The position numbers and the translations under genes are program-made. Below are positions 1 through 13,900 of a stretch of 64,000 bases of DNA, piece by piece. How positions within the stretch are numbered: the stretch's first letter is position 1; every line of letters begins with the position of its first letter. This DNA is from Antedon mediterranea (Eukaryota > Animalia > Echinodermata). The DNA is taken from contig NC_092673.1 of assembly GCF_964355755.1 (NCBI RefSeq), forward strand, positions 34,035,648 to 34,099,647, given 5' to 3'. Below the pieces are notes generated by a model. The model saw only the letters and a program-made list of their open reading frames with translations, searched no databases and had not been told where the DNA came from.

Positions 1-222
1 GATTATGAATATTGATAAAAATAAATGACAGTGAAGCACCATTTATTTTACTGAGATTATTATCACTTAAATCCAGTTTAGATAAGGTCAATGTAACTCC
101 TCTACTAGAATACTCTCTGATCATATCATTCATCAACTCACCCGATAAATTGCAATTATGCATATTAAGGTCATGTGGATTATGAATAATGCTAGTAATA
201 TATGCCAGTGAAGAACCATTGA

Positions 223-3200
223 TTAAACTCCTTTTGTAGAACACTCTCTGATCATCATATCTTTCATCACTTCAGCTGATAAACTGTATTTATCCTTAAG
301 GTCATATCGATTATAAAAAACATTGGTTAGATAAGATGCCGCCATTGAAGTACTATTCATTTGACTGAAATGAATATCATTACCTACTTTCACGGTAACA
401 TCTACACTAGAACTAGAACTGGTTATGTCATTCCTCTTAAATGATATACTATAACCACCCTTAATGTCATCTAGATTAGAAAACAAATTGGTTAAAGATG
501 ATATTGAAGCGCCATCGATTTGACTGAGAGTATCACTAGATACTTTAAATGTAACATCTTTACTGATCATATCATTCATCACCTCACATGGTAAACTGCA
601 ATTATGCATGTTAAGGCTGCACTGACTAATGTTGACTAAACATTCAAATGAAGCACGATTGATTTGACTGAGATTATTATCACTTATATCCAGTTTAGAT
701 AATGTCAAAGTAACCCCTCTTCTAGAACACCCTCTGATCATATCATTCATCACCCCACCTGATAAACTACAATTATGCATATCAAGGGAATATCGATTAT
801 CACTACTATTCATTAAATACGCCATTGAAACACCATCAATCTGACTGAGATTATTATCACTTATATCCAATTCAGATAATGTCAATATACCTCTTCTACT
901 AGAACACACACTGACCATATCATTCATTACCCCACCTGATAAACTGCAATTATGCATTTTAATGTTACTAATATTGAATAAAGATGCAAGTGAAGCACCA
1001 TTAATTTTACTGAGATCATTACCACTGATAACAAGTTTATTTAATTGTGAAAATATTGGTTGCTTTCTGACATGTATTACTTCACTTGATCGAACTGATT
1101 TACTACAATGTTGTGATACTATATCATTCAAACTGGTACCTGTAAGAGCATCAGGCTTTGCAATGAAACATTTCAGTTGTGGAGAATTTGTTAAAATATG
1201 AACTAGTATATGTTCAGCAGTTGGATGATAAATGGTAAGGTGACTTATATCATATTTCATGTTGTGTTTTTCACATTCATCTATCACATAACTCATACAA
1301 TCTCCACCAATCCTTTCCAAAATTTTACTTTGATCTGACACAGCAATTAAACTGTGGGCAAGTACTTTCCCTTTTTCCCCAGATGGCATATTATCACAAA
1401 ACCTTTCATTAATTATGGGATTATGGATATCGTGAATTTTTCTCATAAGATAAAATAAATTGTTTGTATCTACACTTACATTTGGTTGTTGATAAGTGAG
1501 AAAGATTCTTAATGAGTTACATACAGAATTCATTATGTCTAACTGTGTGACATGATCCATAAGTTCATTTTCTACATCCTCCAAATGCTCTTTATTAAGC
1601 ACCCATTTTAAAAGCAAAATTAAAGAACGATATGTTGGAAATCTATTTGTGATCCAATGTTTCAAAAACATTGTAGCACCAGAACCAAGAAATCCAATAG
1701 CAAATTCATGTGTCATTTTTAAATGTTCACTTTCTCTTATATTCTCCCATTCTTCATCCCCTAATGTTGAAAGTAGCAAATTATTACTCTCACTCTCCAA
1801 ACTAACTAGTTCACACAGTTTGTATAGGTAAAACCCAACCAATGATTCTACTATTAACTTATGAGGAGCCGTATACGTCTTTGCCAATTTAGACTTTTTT
1901 AAATGCGTTTTGTCTTCATATACAAACCCAAGTTCTAGAGCAAGTGTGTCGTCTACTTTATCTCGTATAGCTATAGTATGTAAATCAGTTTTGATAAATG
2001 AAAGTTGATTATTCTTTAATCCATCATACATACATTTTCCTAACAGAAGCATTGAAGTTAAATATTTCTCTGGTATTTCTTCAAAAGCTGGGATTTTAGA
2101 AATGTTATCTTGTCTGTTAAACTGATTCAAGATACATAGGAAAAAAGCTTTAAATAGATCTGCTTTGTCAGTTGGAAGGTGTTGCTCTTCTTCCCACATA
2201 AAACAAATTGAGAGAAGCAACATCGGATTTTTACACATTTGATACGCCACAATAGTAACTCTCAATTTTTCAATAAGAGAATTTCCTAATTCTGGTTTTT
2301 CAACCTGTTGAAAATATTGTGTAATATACTTTGTTACATTTTCGTAGTCGAATCCTTTGACTTGCACATGTACATTGCTGTTCTTAATGTATTCATCTAT
2401 ATTTATTGAACGAGAAGTAACTACTACTAAACTTCTTTCTAATCTTTGCTTTTTAAAAAGACGCAGTGGGCTTTTGTTTTGAAATCTTAATTCATCTAAA
2501 CCGTCTAAAAGCAATACAATTTCATCAGGATGATCCATTATAAATTTCTTGATCAATTTTGGATCTTCTGCTAGATCTGTTTCTAAGCTAAAGTCGTCAA
2601 GTTCAATTTCCTTTAGAATTAAATCTAAGATATTTCTATCTTTGTCTAAATCTCTAATATTGACAAGAAACAATATTTTACCTTTAAAAATTTCAAATGA
2701 TTTTTTAGTAGCCCAGTTGTACGCAAAGTACCTTAGTAACGTTGTTTTACCAATACCTCCCTCACCACTGATAAGAACTCTGCATTCAGGTGTAGATTCA
2801 ATTTTAAGTATAACGTCCTTTAATTGTAATTTTGTAGGTTTATCTCCTGCCTTTAGTAAAACCAGCTCGGTGAACATGTCAGCTATATCTACTTCAAATG
2901 CAGAATTCATGATTTGTGGTGTAAAACGATTACAATTGCGGTACAACCTTTGTTGATTGGTTAGCAGATAGTGTCTTATTTTATCTGAAAAAAATAAATA
3001 TGAATTGAAAACCTGTGAGAAATATCTAAACATTACAAAAGGTAGCGAAGCATATTTGAGTAAGAGATAAAAAATTGTCACAGAATTTAAAAACGTCAAA
3101 AATGATTTATAATGGAATACGTATAATTATTATTTGCTTGTAATTATACAATCATTTTATAATTTTATAGTCATAAAAGAAAGTTTATAGCTATTCTACA

Positions 3201-5415
3201 TTTGTTTTGAACAGTTATTTAAAAATGATCTGCAATTATAATTATTCCCTACTTTAAAAATACTATTGAATTACAAATTAATATTTTTACGCGACATAAA
3301 ACATCACTGCATTCACTGTTACGTAATGAGTAACACATACCTTCTGAATTTCTTGATAGTTGACATTGTTGTGATACTCTAGATTCTCCTGTAAAAAAAT
3401 AAATATTTATATAACAATAGATCCTTTGGTTGTCAACGCAATGGGAAAAGAAACAACAAACTATTAATAATGTAAATTTAACTGTAAATATTTTATTAAA
3501 AATTTAAAAGATGCAGTAGTGTTGCTTGACTTTTTGACATGACACTTGTTCAACCTTTAATAAATAATGCTTTAATTGATATTCTATTTGATAAATTCAG
3601 AGCGCATGCCCAGTTCGAGTTTACAAATACCCATTTTCATCCTTAGTAAACTATAAGCTTCCGCATGGTAACTGTTTCGTAATGCTTCAGGTCGCTTGGA
3701 TATAACTGCCTAAAGGGGCAGGCACGATAAAAAAAAATGCATTAAAAACATGTCGTAGGCTGCTACAAGTCTTCTATACATAAAAGTAAGGCTTTTAAGC
3801 AGAGCCAAATTTAACTAAAGTTTAAAACAGACCATGGCCGAACTAATTAGTCAGGTTCCGCAATGTGAAACTTTGCCAAAAACATTATATTTCAAATTAA
3901 ATCAGACTAAAGTCGATAAAACTAAGATAGACTTCGACATCGAAATATCAATACCTAGATAACAACATGACATAAACATGCCATATACTGTACACAGTTT
4001 AAAAACATGATGGAAAACACCGAGCGGACAATTTGGAGGCTCCGATAAAATGGTGCCTTGTACTTATAATAGATGGAAGATGGAATTTAGAAGCAATATT
4101 GATAGAAACAAGACATAGTTTTAGAAGAAAACATTAAATTATCCTGTATAAAAATAAAACAAGTGATGTTTGCCTATCTTATAGTAATTAAATTTCTTTC
4201 TAGTTCATTCAACAATTATTTTAAGGAAATTTTATTTTAATCATCAATTAGATTGGAAACATAACACTATTTTGTTTTCATGAGTACCGGTATTAATTAA
4301 ATTGAATAATGGTGTAGACCTACACAAAGGCACTTGGTATTTGAAATTTTAAATGTGATAATATTGATCACAACTGTCACGATGCTGATGTGATCTTTCA
4401 GATTTATATTAATAACTACCGGTATATACTGCAGCAATGACTACTCTATGGCGCATACAGCTACAAACAGAAATTACTTTTTGTTACCGGTAATTCTTAT
4501 CTGAAATATGAGTGAATATATGAACAGAAAATACAATACATACCACCATCTCTAGTCTGTGCAGATTTTCCAAGACAATCTGTAAATCTAGTCATTTTTG
4601 AAGGCGTATCTAGAAGGTTTTCTTTCTCAAGTACAAAAATAGCATCCCAAATATTTGTGAATTCAAATTTATTCAGTTCATCATAATTATGAACAATATT
4701 CTTCAACTCATCTTGTCCAACTCCTCTCAAGATCTGGAACAGTTCTTTACGAGATGTTGAAAGCGTCTCCTCGTCAACAAGTTGAACATTGTTATCTGCC
4801 ATATACTGGTTTATTTGACCTACTGCTTCACTGAAACCTGTCAGATTAGCTACGTCCAGCAAAAGACTAACTTTATGCGGTGTGATTTTACCGGTTCTTT
4901 GAAGTTCATTAAATAAACTCATTGCTGTAACATCTTTATGGGAAAGATCTCCTAATGGTATGCATCCATGCAGGCAGAATCTCATCCATTTAAAATAGCG
5001 ACCATCATAGTGTTTGCTTAGTTGAGCTTTTAATGTCTGGAACTTTTCTTTAAGGTCGATTTCATCACACTCAGCAGTTTTTTCTGGGAAAAAAATTAAT
5101 AACATTAATAAATGTTACAAAAATGTATCCAGTTTATAAATATAACTAACGTACATCAGCTCGTAAAATTCATAATAATCTTTTTTGATGTATAAGCAAA
5201 ATGTAACTTGTAGGATCAGTGGTTGGTTGCTGAATGTAGAAATAAATTAATCTTTAAAAAATAAAATCCACTGCTATCATCAACCCGAGTTCAACAATTA
5301 GTGAAAGGTGACCAGCATCATTAGTAGATGTAATTTTCAAGATAGTACTACATTATGTTTTAGGAAATAGAAATAAATGTTACAAATTATTGTATATACC
5401 TTTGGCGGATGCCAT
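223..5415 (-). CDS. NLR-family receptor 1 (tandem DED-like + NACHT + LRR), about 1121 aa; coding exons 5415-5400, 5083-4544, 3388-3341, 2984-223
   Basis: The large exon has NACHT Walker A GEGGIGKT, Walker B IVLLLDGLDE, VVVTSR, CKNPMLL and winged-helix APHKLIVE, followed by LxxLDISDNNL/MHNCSLS LRRs. Start is caacATGG (MASAK|g). All introns are GT-AG and phase 1, and the frames join. The 540-nt exon encodes two helical DED-like repeats. Confidence 0.85.
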
Positions 5416-5554
5416 GTTGATCAAATATCTTTAGATGTTAAGCTGATGTCCAGTGGCGTGGGTCGTTCTGGCGTTTCTCCTGACTTGCTTCCTCCTACAA
5501 CTCTTAGGCCTATACCTTGTTTATGTTTTTCAAAGCGTGTATCAGATGACGGGT

Positions 5555-6742
5555 TTAACATCCGCCAGTTCTGTAAGAGAAAACAAAGAAAATAAATACA
5601 TTTTAAAGTGGATAAGTGATTTCCATATTGCAAAAGACATTCCAAATTTCACAATTTAGACAACAGGTGTAAAAATGTATTCCTTTTGTAGTTCCGTTCT
5701 AATAAGTTACAGAGTCATTTGGAAGCTGTGAAAGCGTAACGATGGTTTATTAGGACCACTAAAGTGTGATGTGTTTGACCTTGAGTATCTAAACACTATA
5801 CAGTTTTCTTTTATTTTTTTGTTTTTGCTTAGACAAATCCGAAATTGCCATCTTCATGTTTGACTTGCAATAAATAGCGACTTTAATGAGACAATCACTG
5901 TGTAAAACCATGTTCTAGTTTCACTGCCAGATACTTCTGAATTTATTTCCATCTTAATGTGATTTTTCGTTTACAAAAACCCACTAATAATTAAGCGGTG
6001 ATACCAAAGAGAAATATCTGTCTGTTTTGCTCCAGTCTGTTTTTTCAATAGTCACAATTACTCACTATCTTATAAGTCATCAATTATAATAGTTATGGCA
6101 ACTATGCGAATGAAATATGAGAAAAAAATAAAGTAAATATAAATATTTCATTCCAAGTCTGTATCGTTGGTATAGAGGATATGTGGATTCAATAGACATC
6201 ACTTGTGGAACAAAGCCTGTGAATATCATGTTTGGAAACCAGATCCAGAATTTAAAATATAAAATAATATATTATTTGCTTGAATTTATTAGCAGCTCTC
6301 AATCAATGAAAACTAGTTTATCCTTTTTATTAATATGGCATAAATTAAATACAGTAAATACAATGTGATTAATTTTATTAACGGAAGATAGTGAGATGTG
6401 TTTTCTTCAGAGATTATAGTTTAAAAGAAATTGTGCGTAAGGATAATGTCCTAAATGTTATGATTGGTTTAGTGACCACGCTGTAAATTATTACAAATAT
6501 TAAGATATTTGTAGACTAGATATTAAAGAATATACCATATACTTTTTCTAGTCATTAAATGCAAAATATTTAGAAAACGTTATATGGTTTAGGCCTATAG
6601 GAACTATTGGATGATATTACAGAACAGCGGTATGTAAAACACAAAAAAGGCATACTTACAATTTACTGATGTAACTTGTACCATCAAGGTTACGATTTAC
6701 TTGCAAAGGAGGTTCAGGAATCTTGATGAACAGCATATACAT
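5555..6742 (-). CDS. Spliced upstream ORF in the NLR1 leader, 32 aa MYMLFIKIPEPPLQVNRNLDGTSYISKLTGGC (6742-6660 joined to 5570-5555)
   Basis: ATG at 6742 has A at -3. Donor gtaagt at 6659 and acceptor ttacag at 5571. A homologous uORF is present in NLR2. Confidence 0.55.
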
Positions 6743-6792
6743 CTTGTATGCTGAAAGCAAGTTGTGTTGTCCACCAGCCCGAGCCTCTCCTT

Positions 6793-6854
6793 ACTGAATG
6801 ACAAATCGCTACAACAAGCAATACTTTATATACTTCGTCCAGGTAGGTGCGTCA
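6793..6854 (-). promoter_or_regulatory. NLR1 core promoter: TGACGCA (CRE/AP-1-like) site, TATA box and Inr
   Basis: On minus: TGACGCA 6854-6848, TATATAAAG 6832-6824 and TCATTCAGT 6801-6793, with TATA about 30 nt upstream of the Inr. The Inr and TGACGCA are conserved upstream of NLR2 (18164-18156, 18208-18202). Confidence 0.55.
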
Positions 6855-7830
6855 TTATACTGAATTATACATTTGCTTAATAAATATTTATGTTGTTCGT
6901 ATTCCATTCATGCTTCATGACTGAATACACACTTTATTCCTGTAAAAAACTAGTTTTTACTGGTTTTGTTATTTCTTTAATCATTATTTAGTTGATTAAC
7001 TCATTTGTTCAACAGATGCCTAAAATGTGTTATCGTAATTAAGCAATATCCGATAAAAATAGACAAAACTGGTTTTTACTGCTTTGCTGTTTCTCATTAT
7101 TTAGTTGTGTCATAATATTTATGTTCTGATTCCCTGTGTTTAGATAAGGATGCTTTAGACTAGGTCTGCTTTATTTTATTAGCCAATCAAAATCGTATAA
7201 TTTTGGAGGGAAACTTTGGAGGGAAAATGTTATCCTCCTCTGAAGCCCCTAATTTGCATGTCCAGTATAAGAGTAGAATGTAATAGATATTAGTGGAGAA
7301 GAGAGAATAAGATCAAAGTAGATAGACGTATAGATTATAGAGAAGAAAGGTCTAGACTGGTAGAAAGATGTATTAATCGAGTTACAAGAAATAAAAGTTT
7401 TAGTTGAATACAGTATACTTTTTGTATGAGAAATTATTCAGTGTCAGTGTACGTCGCGTGAATATATATACGCCTGAGAACGCTCGGAACCAACTCCAAA
7501 TATTCACTACAAGTTGATTAACTCATTTGTTAAACATAGGTATAAACTGTGGTACCGACGTAATTATTGCAATTACGCAATATTTCAAACTGCGTCACTA
7601 TACTGAATAATAAGTTTGCTTAATAAATATTTATGTTGTACGTATTCCATTCATGCTTCATGACTGAATGCACACTTTATTCCTGTACAATAATAAAACC
7701 GGATTTTGCTGGTTTTGTTATTTCTTTAATCGTTATTTAGTTGATTAACTCATTTGTTCAATAGAGGCATAAAATGTGTTATCGTAATTAAGCAATGTCC
7801 GATAAAAATAGACAAAACTGGATTCTACTG
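6848..7830. repeat. Local ~235-bp direct duplication of NLR1 upstream sequence (6848-7081 and 7591-7830) plus a partial third copy split by the LTR
   Basis: Near-identical blocks begin tgcgtca(t/c)tatactgaa and end gataaaaatagacaaaactgg. Confidence 0.85.
7108..7511 (+). mobile_element. Solo LTR (404 bp, TG...CA) with 5-bp TSD AGTTG
   Basis: Starts TGTCATAATATTT and ends AAATATTCACTACA. AGTTG lies at 7103-7107 and 7512-7516. The uninterrupted target (tcattatttagttgattaactcatttgtt) is visible in neighbouring duplicates near 6981 and 7731. Internal CCAAT (~7183), ATTTGCAT (~7252), TATAAGA (~7266) and AATAAA (~7390). Confidence 0.8.
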
Positions 7831-10019
7831 AATATATAACTTGTTATTTGATTCAAAGGAACTGAAACGCCTGTCCAAATCAGCACAACGGGAGACGATC
7901 ATTCCCCTGCTCTTTTCGAATAGTTCACTGTACTACAACTGTTACAGCTTCCCAGCCCATTACGTCTAGCGGTCTCAGTGCTTAAAATGTCATTCTCATG
8001 TTCGTACTTCACATAGTTAATAGCTATAAAAAGCTCATAAAAAGTCAGGATGGGGCTATGAGAAAATTAGAAAATCTACAATTAGGCTTAAGTTTTACTT
8101 TTGGCTTGTGAGAATTTGTTAGGAGGGACCAAATTAACAAAATGATTGTAAAAAAACAGGTTTTTGCCAAATTTAATTGAATTTGCAATCAATTCCTGTG
8201 TTGAAACTAACAACTTTTATTTGGCATATGACTTAATCCAGTTGTTTTTATTAAACTCAAAGTAACTTTGTGTTAAAAGTGTTGTTTTATGGATAGTGAT
8301 GATGTTTGTTTTTTTGAAAAACTGTTACTGTTGTGAGCGCATCAGCTAGATACGACACATAGAATGGATGTGATACGAGAATAAATGAATATCCCACGAA
8401 TCTCTCCATGTACATAGACCCTACAGTAGGCCTAGGCTACAAAATAATTTTGCACCTTATTTTGCACATAATGAAATAAAAAAGAGAATGAAAAATAATA
8501 TTCTAGTATATCAAAAACTAAGATTATGAATTTTATTGTGGCTGTCAAGGGGAGGATAAGGTTGTTCGGCGGCAGTGTGGCCCGTGAGTTCGTAACCAGA
8601 CTAGTTGATTTGTTTGTTTAACATTCAATTTGTGTTATGAGCAAAAACGATGACTTACATTGAATAGCAGTGACGCCAACGCACAATTTCTTTCACTTTA
8701 TATATTTACTTAGTTATTCAAGTTCTGAATCCTGTGTACATCTGAATGCACATGTTTAGTCTGTCCCTATGCATTAGCTCAATAGTCGGCCTTTTAGAAT
8801 TGTACACAATTAACCAGTAAAACTGTACAATCATAGTACAGTCACCCGATTCTCGGAGTGTATCTAATCTTATGAAACATAATTTCTTTTAAAATAAGCC
8901 AAATTACGAGTTTACGAGTTAAATAAAATATGCATTTCATTGCTCATTTTATCAAAGCAACGATAACGGTGAATGAAAGTGTGTAAAAATAATTTTCTGT
9001 GGATGTTTTATGTGTTTATGTGTTTAACATTGTTTTGGCATTGTTGTTGTTATTAAATAGAGTTATATACCAGTAGTTTTGCTGAGTCATAACACAAGTA
9101 AGTAAGTAAGTAAGAAAGACAACACAATTATAACAAGGCCATACATGGCTGCAGTCGCGTGCTCAAATTGAGTTAGTGTTTACCGACCAACAAGTGAGCT
9201 GTAGGACATTGGTTAAATATAACAAATTAAAATCGTATTGAGTAAAGAAATCGCTATAGGAGTACGCTCAAATATTTTTCACAAATAAATATAAAAGCAC
9301 AATATTTATTTAAATAAGCAAATGTTAATAAACAAACTTTTAAAAAAGATATTCAATTTGTAACTTAAATAGGACCAAGGATGTCACACAACTTAAGAAA
9401 AGAAATAAAAACGGAGTGAAACAAATGTGAGGATGTGCCTATAAATACATTTTTACGAGAAACTGGGGTAAGCATGAACAGTGCACCATCAACCAGAAAC
9501 TCTTAATGAGAAATGTTTTTAAATATATGCCTAGATTTTGGCTGATGGTGCATTATTGATGACATATCAATAATGATTAGACGAATACAATTAGTAGTAG
9601 TGGCAAGTTTTAAAAGAATGGAATGGTCACTGTTACCACATTGTTTAATACATCACACAAGTCTGCACCATGTTGATCTCATGTTTATAGGCCTAATTGG
9701 TAAACCTTTGTAACCTCTGAATCCATAGTGTAATAACAGGATTTATCGAAGACATTGGGCCTGTTTCTACTGAAAAATAAAAGAACGGTTTTCTTGGAAA
9801 TCGGTTTCGGCAGTTGTTTATAAATAAAGATCGCATTGCAGCTCAATTTTGTCCATATGATATGTGCGTTCATTATGAATGACGTCATTATATACCATAA
9901 CGCATAGCGCGATCTCGAATGTATCTAATTATTTTTCTAAAGCTATGCAATGGAACTAACACAGTTACGTGTCACATTTGGCTTTGGTACAATTACCAAA
10001 AGTACAATTGAGAAAGTAG

Positions 10020-10110
10020 TTCTCGGATTAGACTCGAACCCACGACCTCCAGATCACTAGACTGGCGTTCCGAGCCTGCGCTGATAGCTAGTGGTTTGAT
10101 TCGAGCCCAA
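10020..10110 (-). mobile_element. tRNA-derived SINE head / tRNA-like remnant
   Basis: Minus strand ...ctagtgatctggaggtcgtGGGTTCGAGTc has a B-box/T-arm; no complete cloverleaf. Confidence 0.45.
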
Positions 10111-10929
10111 GTAAGCAGCGGGTACTGCACCAACAGGATTTTAATTAGCAAAGCTACTCCACAGTAGTTAAATAACAATATTACAACATTTGGCTTTCTT
10201 ATTTATCATTTCATATTTGATATCTTTCTAAATCTGTGATCGATACTGTTAAAAAAAGACTAAAAAATTTTCTTTTACTATTTTAATCACAAATTATTTA
10301 ATTTACATAATAATACCATGGACCTATAAATTATAGTCCATGGTAATGCTAATTTACACCTCAGTATTTTTATTTATCACATATTATATGTTATAAATTT
10401 CAATTAATCGTCTAAATGTAAAATACACAAAGAAACTAAAATGAATTTAATTTAAAGAATAATTTTTTTTCTCTTTTGTGGCGCAAACACCACTTTTATT
10501 CACATTCATATTATCTCATATTACATAAAATCGTATTATTTAACTTAAGTAACATTTTTACATATATGAATTCTGTATTACTCCTTTTTTTTTTTTTATT
10601 AATTTTCTTATATTTTGCTATACACTTGACAGGATCATCATTATCATCTATCCCATTTTAAAATAGTTCACACATTTTCATTTGTTTGTTTTCAGTTTAC
10701 AATTTAAAGAATAATTGATAATAAATATTAACGGTATAAAAATGTTAAGAAAATTACACAAATGCAGTTCATAAACCATTTTATGAGAAATGGTAAAATG
10801 TATACAATTATTTATCATTCTCTAACAATTTGTTGTTTTTCAATTATATTTATATTGTTATTTTAGATGTTTCACTTTTATTCCTACATCTTTTTAAGAT
10901 ATCACTTGATAGGAAAATGCATTATCAAA

Positions 10930-13900
10930 TTAATATAACTTATAACTAATAATAACTTCGTCAAGAGAACAGTCTCCGATCATATCATTCATCACCTCAT
11001 CTGATAAACTGCAATTATGTATATTAAGCTCCCACCTTTTAACAGGAAAGTTACGGGTTATTTTTCTATACTGGTATGCATAAGGACTGCCCCTCATTAT
11101 TCTTATGAGGTAAAAAGCATCATCAATTTCACTAAGATTATTATCACTTATATTCAGTCCATGTAATTTCGAAGTAACAACACCTTTTCTAGTAAACTCT
11201 CTGATCACACCGTTTATGACTTGACCTGATAAACTGCAATTATGCAGATCAAGCATATGATTAGGACTACTGAATAAATATGCCAATGAAGCAGCATCGA
11301 TTTGACTCAGATTATTATCACTTATATCCAGTTCGTGAAATGTCAAGGTGATTCCTCCGCTGGAACACTCTCTGATCATATCATTCACCACCTCACCTGA
11401 TAAACTACAATTATGCACATTAAGCGTACGCAGATTAGGACTACTGATTAAATATGCTAATGAAGCAGCATCGATTTGACTCAGATTATTATCACTTATA
11501 TCCAGTTCGTGAAATGTCAAGGTGATTCCTCCGCTGGAACACTCTCTGATCATATCATTCACCACCTCACCTGATAAACTACAATTATGCACATTAAGCG
11601 TACGCAGATTAGGACTACTGATTAAATATGCTAATGAAGCAGCATCGATTTGACTCAGATTATTATCACCTATATCCAGTGTAGATACTCTCAGGGTGAC
11701 TCCTCTACTAGAACACTCTCTGATCATATCATTCATCACCTCACCTGATAAACTGCAATTATGCATACGAAACACATATTTTGAAACACACATACCCATC
11801 AAAGATGCTAATGAACTACCATTAATTTGACTAAGATTATTACCACTCAAATAAAATAATTGTAAAACCTTGTGTTGCTTGTCTATAGGCCTACTATTAT
11901 TTAAGGATTTTAAAATATACTGTGATACGATATCATTTAAAATGGTACCTGTAAGAGTATCAGGATTTGCAATGAATTGGTTAAGTCTTGGAGAATTTGT
12001 TAAAATATGAGCTAAGTATTCAGAAGTTTTTTTATGATAAATTGTAAGCCCCCTTATGTCATATTTCATGTTGTGTTTTTCACATTCATATATCACATAA
12101 TTCATACAATCCCCATCAATCCTTTCCAAAATTTGCGTTTGATCTGACACAGCAATTAAAATGTGGGCAAGTACTTTCCTTTTTTCCTCAGATGACATAT
12201 TATCACAAAACCTTCCATTAATTGTAGGCTGATGGACATCATGAACTTCTCTCATAAGATAAAACACATTGTTGGTATCTACACTTACATTTGGGTTATC
12301 ATAAGTGAGAAACATTCTTAATGAGTTACATACAGAAGTAATTTGTATGTCTAACTTTGTTTTTGTTACATGATCCATAAGATCATTTTCTACATTCTCC
12401 AAATACTTTTCATTAACCACCCGTTGTAAAATCCAAATCAAAGAACGATATGTTGGAAACCTATTTGTGATCCAATGTTTCAACAACTTGGCAGCACCGG
12501 CACCAAGAAATCCTATAGCAAATTCACGTGCCATTATGAAATATTCACTTTCTCTTATATTCTCCCATTCTTCATCCTCTAACGTTGAAAGAAGCAATTT
12601 ATTGTTATCATTCTCACTCTCCAAACTAACTATTTCACACACTTTACATAAGTAAAACCCAACCAATGATTCTACTATTAACTTATGAGGAGCCGTATAC
12701 GTCTTTGCCAATTTAGACTTTTTGGAATGCGCTTTGTCTTCATATACAAACCCAAGTTTTAAAGCAAGTGTATCATTTAGTTTATTTCCGATAATAGTAT
12801 GTAAATCATTTTCATTAAATGAAAGTTGATTATTCTTTAACCTTTGATACATACATTTTCCTAAAAGAAGCATTGAAGTTAAATATTTCTCTGGTATTTG
12901 TTCAAAATCTGAGATTTTAGAACTACTATCTTGTCTGTTAAACTGATTCAAAATACATAAGAAAAAAGCTTTAAATAGATCTGCTTTGTCAGCTGGAAGA
13001 TTTTGTTCGTCTTCTTCCCACATGAAACAAATTGAGAGGAGCAACATTGGATTGTTGCACATTTGATATGCCAGATAGTTATATTTCAATTCTTCAACAA
13101 GGGAATCTCCCAATTCAGGTTTTTTAACCTGTTCAAAATATCTTGTAACATATTTTGTTACATTTTTCTTATCGAATCCTTTGACTTGCACATGCACATT
13201 GCTGTTCTTAATGTATTCATCTATATTTACTGAACGAGAAGTAACTACTACTGAACTTCTTTCTAATCTTTGCTTTTTGAAAAGACGTATTGGGCTTTTG
13301 TTTTGGAATCTTAATTCGTCCAAACCATCTATAAGCAATACAATTTCATAATCATGATCCATTATAAATTTTTTGATCAATTTTGGATCTTCTGCTAAAT
13401 CTGTTTCCAAGCTAAAATCGTCAAGTTCAATTTCCTTCAAAATAACATCTAAAATATTATCGGTTTTGCCTAAATCTCTAATGTTGATAAGAAAAAGTAT
13501 TTTACCTGTACAAATTTCAAATGAATTTTTAGTAGCCCAGTTATATGCAAAATACCTCAATAAGGTAGTCTTACCAATTCCTCCTTCACCACTGATAAGA
13601 ACTCTACATTCAGGTGTAGATTCAATTATTTGTAAAAGATCTTTCAATGTTATGCCTTTGGGTTCAGGATCACCACCAGCCTTCTTTGTGTTTGATTGTA
13701 ATAGAACCAGCTCGGTAAACATGTCAGCTATATTTAATTCAAATTCAGAATTCATGATTTGTGGTGTCAAACGATGGAAATTGCGGTACAAATTCTTTTG
13801 AGTAGTTACTAGGTAGTTTCTTATTTTGTCATCTAAAAAATATAAAAAATGTCATTAATCTTTCAATATGTTATGTAGACTTAACGTCTTTGCTTTTCAA

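Noticed and set aside
962-2956. Plus-strand ORFs antisense to the NLR1 exon (also 12467-13801 in NLR2)
   Set aside because: Shadow ORFs; their similarity between paralogues follows from the sense-strand conservation.
2985-3099. N-terminal 38 aa of the 958-aa ORF
   Set aside because: Intronic read-through upstream of the acceptor at 2985; the real start is at 5415.
9685-9720. KVYQLGL peptide matching the NLR2 DED exon
   Set aside because: Only 7 residues, with no flanking similarity or splice sites; probably chance.
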